This document shows, one piece after another, positions 15,108-24,729 of a stretch of DNA of 32,000 nt. Source of the DNA: Haloferax volcanii DS2. GTDB lineage: Archaea; Halobacteriota; Halobacteria; Halobacteriales; Haloferacaceae. Position numbers and translations under genes: made by a program. How positions within the stretch are numbered: the stretch's first letter is position 1; every line of letters starts with the position of its first letter. The stretch is taken from assembly GCF_000025685.1 (NCBI RefSeq), contig NC_013967.1, positions 1,560,001-1,592,000 of the forward strand. The letters run 5' to 3'. The notes below the pieces were generated by a model, which was given only the letters and a program-made list of their open reading frames with translations, was not told where the DNA came from and did no database searches.

Positions 15108-17141
15108 TCAGGCGAGCGGGCAGACGACCACGTCGTCGACGCGGATACCGCCCTCGGCGGCGACCGAGTCGCCGGAGACGATATCGGTCGCGTCGACCGC
15201 GAGGTCACCGACATCGACCGTGGTCGCGCCGGGCGCGAAGTTGAGCGCACAGAGGTACGAGCCGTCGTCGTGGTCGCGGACGAAGGCGATGGCGCGGTCG
15301 GTGTCGGTCTCGTAGTCGATGCGGCGGAACGTCCCGTCGTACCGGAGCGCGGGCGTCTCGTCGCGGACTTCGATGAGTCGCTCGTAGTGCTCGCGGATGT
15401 CGTCGCGGGCGTGGTCCCACGCGAGGGCGTCGCGGCGGCCGCGCTGGCCGATTTCCTGGCCGCCGTAGACCATCGGCACGCCGGGGAGCGTAAACAGCGC
15501 GCCCGCGGCGGCCAGCGCCTCGTCCTCGCCGCACTCGACGATGTAGCGCGTCTCGTCGTGGTTTTCGAGGTAGAGCATGAACGTCGCGTGGTCGGGGAAG
15601 CCGACCTGCGTTCGCTGTTCGATGGCGTCGAGAATGCGTTCTGCGGGCTCGTCGCCGCGGCCGACCTGCCGGAGCGTGAAGTACAGCGTCGTGTCGAAGT
15701 GCATGTCGAACATGCCCTCGTGGAAGTCGGCGATGTAGGGGATGGTCTCGTCCAAAAACAGGAACTCGGGGTCCTTCGCCTTCACGCGGTCCCGAATCTC
15801 CTGCCAGAACGTGTCGGGGACGGCCCACGCCATGTCGCAGCGAAAGCCGTCGACCACCTCGGCCCACATGTCCACCGCGTCGAGCAGGTAGCGCCGGACG
15901 TCGAGGTTCCGGTGGTCGAAGTTGGCGATGTACTCCCAGTCGAAGTACGTTCCCGGCTCGCCGTCTTCGCGCCACTCGTACCAGTCGTAGTACTCGGAGT
16001 CGGGGTTCTTGTAGGCGTCCTCGAAGAAGGGGTGGTCCCGCGCGGAGTGGTTGAGCACGAGGTCGAAAAGCACCTTCATGCCGCGGTCGTGGGCGGCCTC
16101 GACGAACCGCTCGTAGTCCTCGCGGGTGCCGAGGTCCTCCGCGATGGAGTAGAAGTCCACGATGTTGTAGCCGTGGGGCGCGTGGTCGTTCTGGAGGACG
16201 GGCGTGAGCCACAGGCAGTCGATGCCGAGCGATTCGAGGTAGTCGAGGCGTTTTTCGAGCGCCTCGAAGGTGTTGTCGGCGTCCTCGTCGTCCGAGGCGT
16301 AGCCGCGGACGTAAATCTCGTAGAGCGTCACCTCCCGAGACCACTGCGGCGGGTCGTTGGGGCGGGAGACTGACGCGCTCCCCGCGCCGGAGCCGTCGGC
16401 GTGGCTCGTCACGTCGGTCTGGACGGCGTCGGTTTCCGCCTCGGTGAACCCGCCGTCGGCGGCGGCCTCGCGCTCGACGGTCACCGCGTCGGGGACGCTG
16501 TACGTCTCGTCGAGGGCGACCGCGTGGACGCGGAGTCGGTCGCCGACCGCCGAAAGCGGGACGCGGAGCTCCCAGCCGTCGGTCTCGACGGCCGCGTCGT
16601 CGATCTCGTCGCGGTCGTCGACGACGAACTCGACCACGAGGTCGTCGCGGTCGGTGGCGCTGTCGGGGTTCGGTTGCGGGTCGGCGCGGACGACGACCAC
16701 GCCGTCTTCGACGGTCGCGTCGAGCCTGATGCGCGGGCGACCCCCCCGTCCCCGGTCGGCGTCGCCGATGGCGCTCCCGGAGCCGGACGCGCCGCCGCTG
16801 AATCCCGTCGGGCGCGCTGAGCCGCTCTGTCCGCTGTACCCGCTCATTCCGCTCATTCCGCTCGCGCCGCTTCTGGCGGAGCCGGCGGGCAGGTAGGACC
16901 CGGGGAAGACGCGGACGGTGAGCGTGTACGTCACGTCGGGCGCGTCGAGTTCGACCACGTACTGGCCGGCCGCGTCGGGCGTGAACTGCACGACTGCCGT
17001 GTCTTCGTCGAGTTCGAGGCTACTGGCGACCGGCGCGCTCCGAACCCGCCACGAGTAGTCGGCGTCGGGGTCCGGGTCGCGAGGCGCGAGTTGTACTGAC
17101 TCGCCGACAGCCATGAACTGCGGCGGTCCTGGGTGTTGCAT
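15108..17141 (-). CDS. Cytoplasmic alpha-amylase family (GH13) enzyme with a ~270-aa N-terminal extension
   Basis: GH13 conserved regions DLVLNHS (I), GFRCDMAW (II), FLFLDE (III) and YLENHD (IV). ATG at 17141 preferred over TTG at 17153. No signal peptide. The N-terminus contains beta-rich segments and a Ser/Gly-rich linker. Confidence 0.85.
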   Translation of the reverse strand: MQHPGPPQFMAVGESVQLAPRDPDPDADYSWRVRSAPVASSLELDEDTAVVQFTPDAAGQYVVELDAPDVTYTLTVRVFPGSYLPAGSARSGASGMSGMSGYSGQSGSARPTGFSGGASGSGSAIGDADRGRGGRPRIRLDATVEDGVVVVRADPQPNPDSATDRDDLVVEFVVDDRDEIDDAAVETDGWELRVPLSAVGDRLRVHAVALDETYSVPDAVTVEREAAADGGFTEAETDAVQTDVTSHADGSGAGSASVSRPNDPPQWSREVTLYEIYVRGYASDDEDADNTFEALEKRLDYLESLGIDCLWLTPVLQNDHAPHGYNIVDFYSIAEDLGTREDYERFVEAAHDRGMKVLFDLVLNHSARDHPFFEDAYKNPDSEYYDWYEWREDGEPGTYFDWEYIANFDHRNLDVRRYLLDAVDMWAEVVDGFRCDMAWAVPDTFWQEIRDRVKAKDPEFLFLDETIPYIADFHEGMFDMHFDTTLYFTLRQVGRGDEPAERILDAIEQRTQVGFPDHATFMLYLENHDETRYIVECGEDEALAAAGALFTLPGVPMVYGGQEIGQRGRRDALAWDHARDDIREHYERLIEVRDETPALRYDGTFRRIDYETDTDRAIAFVRDHDDGSYLCALNFAPGATTVDVGDLAVDATDIVSGDSVAAEGGIRVDDVVVCPLA

Positions 17142-17283
17142 ACTCACAATCAACGTGCCGGGTGACTTTGAGTTTACCCCTGATGGGACCGGCGTTCCGG
17201 TGAGAGACGGGTTCTACCGAGTCGCCTCGGCGTCTCCCGAATTCGTCGGTTCACAGGCATAACTGATGGCAAACGGGCGGCCA

Positions 17284-17291
17284 ATACTTAT
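17284..17291 (+). promoter_or_regulatory. TATA-like box (ATACTTAT) for the GH15 gene
   Basis: 25-32 nt upstream of the ATG at 17316, within the divergent amylase/glucoamylase intergenic region. Confidence 0.4.
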
Positions 17292-17315
17292 GGTTCGGGA
17301 CCCTCGTCTACCTCT

Positions 17316-20300
17316 ATGCGACTTCGGACCGCGTTAAACGAATACAAACGCGACCGGGGCGGGCGCTTCCCAGAGGAGTGTCGGACCTCGGACGGCGCGT
17401 TTTCGGGTCACGGGGACCGACTCGTCTACGTCGGACTCGACGGCTCTCTCCGGGATTATTCCGCTCCGCTTTCGGGTCTCTACGGTATCGACCGCTCTCG
17501 GTTCGGCATCGAGACGGACGGCGAGACGCACTGGTTCGACGAGTTGGAGTCCGTGCGGCAGCACTACTACCGGGAGACGAGCCTCGTCGAGACCGAGTAC
17601 GACGCCGGGGAGTACACCGTCCACCAGTACGACCTGACGCTCGGTCGCGCCCACGTGACGCACGTCGAACTCCGCGGTGCGATTCCCACCGACGCCCGCC
17701 TGACCGCCTTCCTCACCTTCGCACCCGAGGGGCGAGAGACGCGGGTCGGCCGGCTCATCCACGAGGCCGGCGGCCCGAACGACACCCAAGCGGTCGAGGT
17801 GTTCCACCGAAACGAACACGACTACGTCACCGCGTCGACCGGCCTCACCGACGTTCGCGGCCAGATTCCCGAGCGATTCGACGAGATTCTCTCCGACGAC
17901 ACCTTCGACTTCCCGCGGGAGGCCGTCCTCGACCGCTACGAGGACACCCATCTCTCGGGCGACGTGGTCGTCAGCGCCCCGCTCGAACAGGAGGGCCGCG
18001 CCGCGCGGACCACCCTCGTCACCCAGCTTTCGGACCACAACGAGATGGCGCGGACCGACGCCCTCGCCGACCTCCGACACTGTTCCGTCCAGCACGCCAC
18101 CGCCGACGCGCTCCGCGATGCCGCCCGCGAGCAGGCCGAGGTGTTCGTCCCCGACGGGACGCCCCGCGAGCGAATCGTCCGCGCCGACCTCCGGGCGCTG
18201 TCGCTCCTGACCGCCCCCAGCGGCGCGCGCATCGCCGGCCCCGAGTTCGACCCGTTCTACGCCCACTCCGGTGGCTACGGCTACACGTGGTTCCGCGACG
18301 ACGCCGAGGTCACACAGGCGCTCGCACACGCCGACGACGCCTTCGGTCTCGACCTCGGTGACCGCCTCGCGACGAGCGCCGAGTTCTACTGTCAAACCCA
18401 ACTCGAAGACGGCACGTGGCCCCACCGGGTCTGGGCCGTCGACGGGAGCGTCGCCCCCGGCTGGGCACACGGCCGCGTCGAGGGCACCGGCGACGAGGAG
18501 TACCAGGCCGACCAGACCGCGAGCGTCGTCGCCGCGCTCGCGTCGCTCCTCGCCGAGCGCCGCGACGAACTCGACGACGAACTCGTCGGGCGTCTCCGCT
18601 CGACCGTCGCGGCGGGCGTCTCCGGCCTCGACAGCAGCCTCGAATCCGACGGACTCCCGAAACCCTGTCAGAACGCGTGGGAGAACATGGGCGGCCGGTT
18701 CACGCACACGGCCGCGACGTTCCTTCAGGCGTACGCCACGGTCGCCACCGCGCCCGTGAACGACGACCTCCGCGAGCACGCCGCCGAGCAGGCGACCGCG
18801 GTGTACGAGGGTCTCGACGAACTCTGGTCCGAGGAACGCGAGGTCTACGCCCTCCGCATCGACGGAAACGGCGGCCTCGACGACCGCCTCGATTCGGCCA
18901 CGTTCGCCCTCGTCGACGCCGTCGACGCCTACGCCGACATCGAAGACGTCGACTCGCAGACCGCCAATCGGCTCGTCAAGCACATGGCCGCGACGCTGAA
19001 GGGGCTCTACCGAAATCCCCGCGGCGACGTGGCCGGGTTGGTCCGGTTCGAAGACGACTACTGGCGCGCCGAGGGGCAGGACGGCGAGAAAGTGTGGTCC
19101 GTCTCGACCGCGTGGGGCGCGAACGCCGCCGCGAAGTTCGGCGTCCTCTGTGACCGCCTCGGCAAGGACAGCCGCCGCTTCGTCGAGCGCGCGACGAACC
19201 TCTACGAACTGCTCCAGCCCGACGGCCCCTTCACAACCGACGCGGGCTACCTCGCGGAACAGGTGTTCGACGACGGGCGCTTCGACAGCGCGACGCCGCT
19301 GGGGTGGCCCCACGCAATCCGCATGGAGACGACCGCCATCCTCGCAGATATCGACGCGCTGCCGGCCCCGAAGCCCGCGCCGACCGGCCCGGAGAACCGG
19401 CCGCGGTGGACGACCGGCGAGAAATACGGCATCGGCACCGTCGCGGACCACTACGCCGAGGACCCCTCGCGCGTCTGGTTCACCCTGACCGAGGGCGCGC
19501 TGACCGAGGTCCGCTTCCCGCGGGTCGACCTGATGAACCTCCGGACGCTCGACTTCCTCGTCGTCGACGCCGACCCGGACGACGAGTACACGGCGCGGAC
19601 CCACAACGAGACCCGCCGCGACGACCACGCGGACACGGTCGAACGGCGGGCCGAAATCGTCGACGACGACGCGCTCGTCTTCCGCCACGTCGTCACCGAG
19701 ACGGGCGACGGCCGCGGCCACGAGTGGGAACTCACCGTCGAGTACGTCCTCGACCCCGAACACGACGCGATACTCGCGGACGTGCAGTTCGAGTCCATCG
19801 ACGGCGACGAGTACGAACTGTACACCATCGCCGACACGGCGCTGGCGAACACCGGGACGAAAGACCGCGGCATCCGCCTCGGCCAGCTCGGGAGCTACCA
19901 CCTCGTCGCCCGCGACGCGGGCGCGTTCGACGCCGGCGACGGCCACGAACCGCTCCTCATCGACCAGGACGGCAGGGAGTACAGCGTCGCAATCGCGCTC
20001 ACCGCCGCCGGGCGATTCGAGTGGGCGACCGTCGGCGTCGCCGGCTCGCGGTATCTCGCGGAGTTCTTCTCGAAGGGCGAACTCCCGAGCGCCCAAGAGC
20101 GCATCGACGACGAGAACGTCGTCCTCGTCGGGCGCATCGGCACGGGCGACGAACTCGGTGAGACGCTGGCGCTCGGCTTCGCGGAACACGCCGACACCGC
20201 CGCCGCGCTGGGCGAGGCGGCCGGCGCGCTCACCCGCGGCTACGAGACGGCGCGGGCGGCGTACGTCGACTCGTGGGCCGACTTCCTCGCCGACAAGGAA

Positions 20301-21851
20301 CTCCCCGGCTCCGTCGCCGGCGACGACGACCTCGCCGCGCAGTACAAGACCGCGCTCATGAGCCTGCGGGCGGTCGAGGACAAGACCTACCTCGGCGCGG
20401 GGCTCGCCTCGCCGTCGGTGCCGTGGGGCGAGGCCGTCCCCGCCGAGGAGGCGAAGGGGTACGGCTACAACTTCGTCTGGTCGCGCGACCTCTATCAGGT
20501 CTTCACCGTCTTCGAGGCCGTCGGCGACGTGGAGACGGCCATCGACGCGCTGGAGTACATCTACACCTACCAGCAGGACGACCGCGGCTTCATCCCGCAG
20601 AACACCTACCTCAACGGGCGGACCCGCTGGGGCGGCGAGCAGATGGACAACATCTCGTTCCCGCAGGTGATGGCGTACATGCTCCACGAGCGCGGCGTCA
20701 CCTTCGACGACGTGGCCTACGGCTACGAGAACGTCAAGTACTCCGCGGACTACGTCGCGCGGAACGGGCCGCCGACCGCACAGGAGCGCTGGGAGGAGGA
20801 GGCCGGCTACTCGCCGTCGTCCATCGCGGCCGAAATCGCCGGTCTCGGCTGCGCGGCGGCCATCGCGCTCGACGAGGGCCACACCGACGACGCCCTCGTC
20901 TGGCTGGCGCTGGCCGACGACTGGGCCGAGCGCGTCGACGACTGGACCGCCACGCGGACCGGCACCGACCGCAACACGCACACGCCGTACTACGTCCGCA
21001 TCACCCGCGACGGCGAACCCGACGCCGGACACCTGCGGACGCTGGCGAACAACGGGCCGACGCTCGACGAGCGCGAAATCATCGACGCCGGCTTCCTCGA
21101 ACTCACCCGCCTCGGCATCAAGCCCGCCGGCGACGAGATAATCCGCAACTCGCTGAAAGAGGTCGACGAGACCATCCGCGTCGACACGCCGCACGGCCCG
21201 GCGTTCTACCGGTACAACGGCGACGGCTACGGCGAGCGCGAACGCGACGAAGAGGGCGCGCCGTGGTCCGTCGACGCCAAGGGGAAAGGCCGGCTGTGGC
21301 CCATCTTCACCGGCGAACGCGGCGAGTACGAACTGCTCGCGGGAACCGAAGACGGCGACCTCGCACCGGACAACCTACTGCGGACGATGGCCGCCTTCGC
21401 CAACTCCGGCCGGATGCTCGCAGAGCAGGTCTGGGACCGCGAACACGCGACCGACTTCAACTGGGAGTTCGGTGAGGGCACCGGCAGCGCGACGCCGCTG
21501 GCGTGGTCGATGGCCCAGTACGTCCGCCTCGCCCACGGCGTCGACGCGGGCGAACCCGTCGAGACGCCCGCGTTCCTCCGCGAGCGGTACGTCGAGTCCG
21601 ACCGCCCGACCGGGCCCTCGCTCCGCGTGAGCACGCGCTTCAAGGGCGACAAGCTCGTCGTCTCGGGGCAGACCGACGCTCCCGTCGCCGCGGTGAAGAC
21701 GCCCGGCGAGACCCGACTCGTCGAGCCCGAAGACGGGGCGTTCGAGGTCGAAGTCGCCATCGAGTACGGCGAAAACCAGGTGACCGTCGCCGCCGCGACC
21801 CACGAGGACCTGACGAAAGCCGGCACGACCGTCTCGCGCTTCACGCTCTGA
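17316..21851 (+). CDS. Giant glycoside hydrolase with two tandem GH15 (glucoamylase / glucodextranase-type) modules
   Basis: 1511 aa. Module 1 has GYGYTWFRDDA, NAWENMGG and PLGWPHA. Module 2 has GYGYNFVWSRDLY, ERWEEEAGYS and PLAWSMAQY, preceded by a glucoamylase N-domain-like region. No signal peptide. Confidence 0.85.
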   Translation: MRLRTALNEYKRDRGGRFPEECRTSDGAFSGHGDRLVYVGLDGSLRDYSAPLSGLYGIDRSRFGIETDGETHWFDELESVRQHYYRETSLVETEYDAGEYTVHQYDLTLGRAHVTHVELRGAIPTDARLTAFLTFAPEGRETRVGRLIHEAGGPNDTQAVEVFHRNEHDYVTASTGLTDVRGQIPERFDEILSDDTFDFPREAVLDRYEDTHLSGDVVVSAPLEQEGRAARTTLVTQLSDHNEMARTDALADLRHCSVQHATADALRDAAREQAEVFVPDGTPRERIVRADLRALSLLTAPSGARIAGPEFDPFYAHSGGYGYTWFRDDAEVTQALAHADDAFGLDLGDRLATSAEFYCQTQLEDGTWPHRVWAVDGSVAPGWAHGRVEGTGDEEYQADQTASVVAALASLLAERRDELDDELVGRLRSTVAAGVSGLDSSLESDGLPKPCQNAWENMGGRFTHTAATFLQAYATVATAPVNDDLREHAAEQATAVYEGLDELWSEEREVYALRIDGNGGLDDRLDSATFALVDAVDAYADIEDVDSQTANRLVKHMAATLKGLYRNPRGDVAGLVRFEDDYWRAEGQDGEKVWSVSTAWGANAAAKFGVLCDRLGKDSRRFVERATNLYELLQPDGPFTTDAGYLAEQVFDDGRFDSATPLGWPHAIRMETTAILADIDALPAPKPAPTGPENRPRWTTGEKYGIGTVADHYAEDPSRVWFTLTEGALTEVRFPRVDLMNLRTLDFLVVDADPDDEYTARTHNETRRDDHADTVERRAEIVDDDALVFRHVVTETGDGRGHEWELTVEYVLDPEHDAILADVQFESIDGDEYELYTIADTALANTGTKDRGIRLGQLGSYHLVARDAGAFDAGDGHEPLLIDQDGREYSVAIALTAAGRFEWATVGVAGSRYLAEFFSKGELPSAQERIDDENVVLVGRIGTGDELGETLALGFAEHADTAAALGEAAGALTRGYETARAAYVDSWADFLADKELPGSVAGDDDLAAQYKTALMSLRAVEDKTYLGAGLASPSVPWGEAVPAEEAKGYGYNFVWSRDLYQVFTVFEAVGDVETAIDALEYIYTYQQDDRGFIPQNTYLNGRTRWGGEQMDNISFPQVMAYMLHERGVTFDDVAYGYENVKYSADYVARNGPPTAQERWEEEAGYSPSSIAAEIAGLGCAAAIALDEGHTDDALVWLALADDWAERVDDWTATRTGTDRNTHTPYYVRITRDGEPDAGHLRTLANNGPTLDEREIIDAGFLELTRLGIKPAGDEIIRNSLKEVDETIRVDTPHGPAFYRYNGDGYGERERDEEGAPWSVDAKGKGRLWPIFTGERGEYELLAGTEDGDLAPDNLLRTMAAFANSGRMLAEQVWDREHATDFNWEFGEGTGSATPLAWSMAQYVRLAHGVDAGEPVETPAFLRERYVESDRPTGPSLRVSTRFKGDKLVVSGQTDAPVAAVKTPGETRLVEPEDGAFEVEVAIEYGENQVTVAAATHEDLTKAGTTVSRFTL

Positions 21852-21980
21852 GGCGGCGCGACCGGCCGACTGCCGTTCCCGTCACCGTCCCCGACCCCGA
21901 CCTCGCGGGCGGCGCTTCGACGACTTCTTTCGACCCGTTCCGCCAGCACCGCTTTTCCGTCTCCGGCCTAACGGTCGGGT

Positions 21981-22466
21981 ATGCCGGTCTACCAGCGTCG
22001 AACCCGTATCGCCGCCCCGCTCGAACGCGTCTGGGAGTTCCACTCCGACGTGTCCGGACTGGAGGCGCTCACCCCGGCGTGGATGCGCCTCGACATCGAG
22101 TCGGTCCGCGGCCCCGACGGCGACGACGACCCCGACGAACTCGTCGCCGGGACGGAAATCGAGATGTCGATGCGACCGTTCGGGGTCGGTCCCCGCCAGC
22201 GATGGACCTCGCGCATCCTCGACCGCGAGGCCGGGGAGACGACGGCGTGGTTCCGCGACGACATGGTCGGCGGCCCCTTCTCGCGGTGGGTCCACACCCA
22301 CCGGTTCGTCGCCGACGGCGACGAGACGATAGTCGAAGACCGCGTGGAGTACGAACTGCCGTTCGGTCCCCTCGGTGACCTCGCGGGCGTCTTCGGCGGC
22401 GTCGGCTTCGAGGGGATGTTCCGCGCGCGACACGCCGAGACGAAGCGACTGCTCGAAGAACAGTAA
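21981..22466 (+). CDS. SRPBCC (START/cyclase-dehydrase-like) family protein
   Basis: 161 aa. The N-terminal pattern RRTRIAAPLERVWEFHSDVSGLEALTP and the later HTHRF...DGDETIVEDRVEY pattern are typical of the COG4276-type SRPBCC family. Confidence 0.7.
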   Translation: MPVYQRRTRIAAPLERVWEFHSDVSGLEALTPAWMRLDIESVRGPDGDDDPDELVAGTEIEMSMRPFGVGPRQRWTSRILDREAGETTAWFRDDMVGGPFSRWVHTHRFVADGDETIVEDRVEYELPFGPLGDLAGVFGGVGFEGMFRARHAETKRLLEEQ

Positions 22467-22512
22467 CCGGTAGCGCGGGAGTCGAATCGAGTCGAGTCGG
22501 AGCGTCGACGGC

Positions 22513-24591
22513 TCAGTCGTCGCTGAGCGAGAACCGCGGTTCGACCTCGGAGCGGACGCCGCCGATATCGAACTCGAAGCGCGCGCCGCCGAGGTCGGCC
22601 TCCGGGGCGGTCGCCTCGATATCCCAGCCGTGGGCCTCGATGATGCTCTCGACGATTGAGAGCCCGAAGCCCGTGCCGGAGTCGGACGTGGTGTGACCGT
22701 GTTCGAAGACGGTGTCGCGCTCGTCGGCCGGGATTCCGGGACCGTTGTCGGCGACGTAGAAGCCGGTCTCGGTGGGACCGACGCGGACGGTCAGCTCGTC
22801 GGTCGCGTCCGTCGGCGGCGACTCGGCGGACGCCGTCTCGTCGGCGGGCGCGTCGTCCGCGGCCGCGTCGTCACCGGAGTCACAGCAGGAGCCGCCGTGC
22901 TCGACCGCGTTCCGAAACAGGTTCTCGAACGCCTGTTGGAACCGGCCTTGGTCGGCCTGCGTGGTCCCGAGTCCGTCCTCGACGACGAGCACCGCGTCGT
23001 CGCCGGTGTCGACCGCCTTCCACGCCCGCTCGGCGACGTTCTCGATGGCGACAGAGCGCGTCTCACCGACTTTGCGGCCCTGTCTGGCCAGCGTGAGCAC
23101 GTCGTTGAGGATCGTGTCCATTCGGGTGACGCCGTCGAGCGCGCGGTCGAGGTAGGTCACGTCGTCTTCCTCGCGGGCGAGTTCGACGAACCCCTTGGCG
23201 ACGTTGAGGGGGTTCCGCAGGTCGTGTGAGACGACCGACGCGAACTCTTCGAGGCGGTCGTTCTGCCGCTGAAGTTCGCGCTCGCGTCGCTGGCGGGCCA
23301 GCGTGTGCGTGACGTTGTTGCCGACAGAGCGAAGGAGGTCGACTTCGGTGTCAGTCCACGAGCGACTCGTCTCGACCACGTCGAAGACGACGAAGCCGAC
23401 GAGCGCCCATTTCGACACCATCGGCACGGCGACGAAGCCGCCGGTCTCGGCGTCGGTGAGCACGCGCTTCGTGTCCGACGCCTCGGGCGGGAGGTCCGAG
23501 ACGCGATGGAGACGGACGTTCTCGAATCGGTGGAGTCGTTCGAGCAGCCAGCGGGCGTCTTCGAGGGCGACGCGCTCGGGGTGCTCGCGTCGGCCGCCGC
23601 CGCGCCAGTCGTGCATCCGGGCGGCGACGGTCGTCTCGTCGTCGTAGAGATAGACCGAACAGCGGTCGAGGTCGGCCACCTCGCCGACGGACTGGAGCGT
23701 CCACTCGATTTTCGTGCCGATTTCGTCGGTCTCGGCGCTCATCAGCGACGTTGACGTGTCCAACACGGCGTCTTTCAGCCGCGTCTCGTAGCGCAGTCGG
23801 TTCCGCCGGCGTCGGCGCTCGGTCACGTCCTGCAACGTCCCGATGACGGCGGATTCGTCGTCTTCGGTGGGACGGAGCGCGAGGTGGCCCTCACAGAGGA
23901 GGTCGTCGTCGTGCGGGTACGCGGGGCCGGGCGACAGCACCGTCTCGAAGCGCTCCGTGTCGGGAGCGTTCGGGGAGACGACCCGCTCGAAGGCGGACAG
24001 AATCTCGTCGGCGGCCTCCGCGGCGAGGTCAGCGAACTCGCGGCCGATAATCGCCTCGCGGTCGTAGCCGGTGAGTTCGCAGAAGACGCCGTCGGCGGAG
24101 GTAAAGCGCCCCGCCGAGTCGAGCGAGTAGACGCCGCTGTCGAGCACCTCGATGGCGGTGCCGTACCGCTCGGAGGCCGCCTTCGCGCGGTACTGCGAGA
24201 CGGCGTTGACGACGCGGTTGGCGAGGACCGTGTACTGGTCCGTGCCGGTGTCTTTCTGCATGTAGTCGGTCGCGCCGACGCGGAAGGCGTCGCGGGCGAC
24301 CTCCTCGGAGCCTTTGCCGGTAAAGAGGATGAAAGGGAGGTCGGGGTGTTCCGAACGGACCGCGCGGAGGAACTCCAGCCCGTCGATGTCGGGCATGTCG
24401 TAGTCTGACACGACGCAGTCGACCCGTTCCTGTCGGAGTCGTTCGAGGGCGTCCGCCCCCGAGTTCGACGTCGAGACCGACAGGTCGACGTCGCCGGCCT
24501 CGCGTTCGAGATAAATCGACACGAGGTCCGTCAGACTGGGCTCGTCATCGACGTGGAGAACGCGTACGTCCGCCCCCGGCCCGTCGTCCAT
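22513..24591 (-). CDS. Hybrid sensor: receiver (REC) + PAS + GAF + histidine kinase
   Basis: REC signature VLHVDDE...SDYDMPDIDG...LFTGKG. H-box SHDLRNPL. N-box FRNAVEHG. G1 DNGPGI. G2 GTGFGLSIV. Confidence 0.85.
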   Translation of the reverse strand: MDDGPGADVRVLHVDDEPSLTDLVSIYLEREAGDVDLSVSTSNSGADALERLRQERVDCVVSDYDMPDIDGLEFLRAVRSEHPDLPFILFTGKGSEEVARDAFRVGATDYMQKDTGTDQYTVLANRVVNAVSQYRAKAASERYGTAIEVLDSGVYSLDSAGRFTSADGVFCELTGYDREAIIGREFADLAAEAADEILSAFERVVSPNAPDTERFETVLSPGPAYPHDDDLLCEGHLALRPTEDDESAVIGTLQDVTERRRRRNRLRYETRLKDAVLDTSTSLMSAETDEIGTKIEWTLQSVGEVADLDRCSVYLYDDETTVAARMHDWRGGGRREHPERVALEDARWLLERLHRFENVRLHRVSDLPPEASDTKRVLTDAETGGFVAVPMVSKWALVGFVVFDVVETSRSWTDTEVDLLRSVGNNVTHTLARQRRERELQRQNDRLEEFASVVSHDLRNPLNVAKGFVELAREEDDVTYLDRALDGVTRMDTILNDVLTLARQGRKVGETRSVAIENVAERAWKAVDTGDDAVLVVEDGLGTTQADQGRFQQAFENLFRNAVEHGGSCCDSGDDAAADDAPADETASAESPPTDATDELTVRVGPTETGFYVADNGPGIPADERDTVFEHGHTTSDSGTGFGLSIVESIIEAHGWDIEATAPEADLGGARFEFDIGGVRSEVEPRFSLSDD

Positions 24592-24729
24592 ACGATGTAG
24601 CGACCGCTCACCGTAATGAGCGTTGTGACGCGGTTATCAGGGCCGATAACGGATTCGGAGCGGGAGACGAACCGACGCGTCTTCGGACGAGTGTCCGGGT
24701 TCGGAACCGCCCGTATCGGCCGGGACAGG

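Noticed and set aside
14687-15244. 185-aa + strand ORF inside the structured block
   Set aside because: The translation is basic and Pro/Arg/Gly-rich. It runs through the amylase terminator into the antisense of the amylase 3' end, and it has no start context or family resemblance.
17334-21194. 1286-aa ORF antisense to the GH15 gene. Similar long ORFs occur at 5500..7092, 10039..11109, 11016..12752, 24800..26335, 8724..9911 and 30620..31990, along with many R/P/G-rich + strand ORFs.
   Set aside because: All are in alternative frames of genes with clear family motifs. Their translations are Arg/Pro/Gly/Ala-rich and basic, unlike the acidic proteome. Long stop-free shadow frames are expected in DNA this GC-rich.
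22467-22512. Short GAGTC(G) repeats (gagtcgaatcgagtcgagtcggagcgtcgac) between the convergent SRPBCC and kinase genes
   Set aside because: Very short and low-complexity, in a 46-bp convergent spacer. There are no flanking features suggesting function beyond a possible bidirectional termination region.
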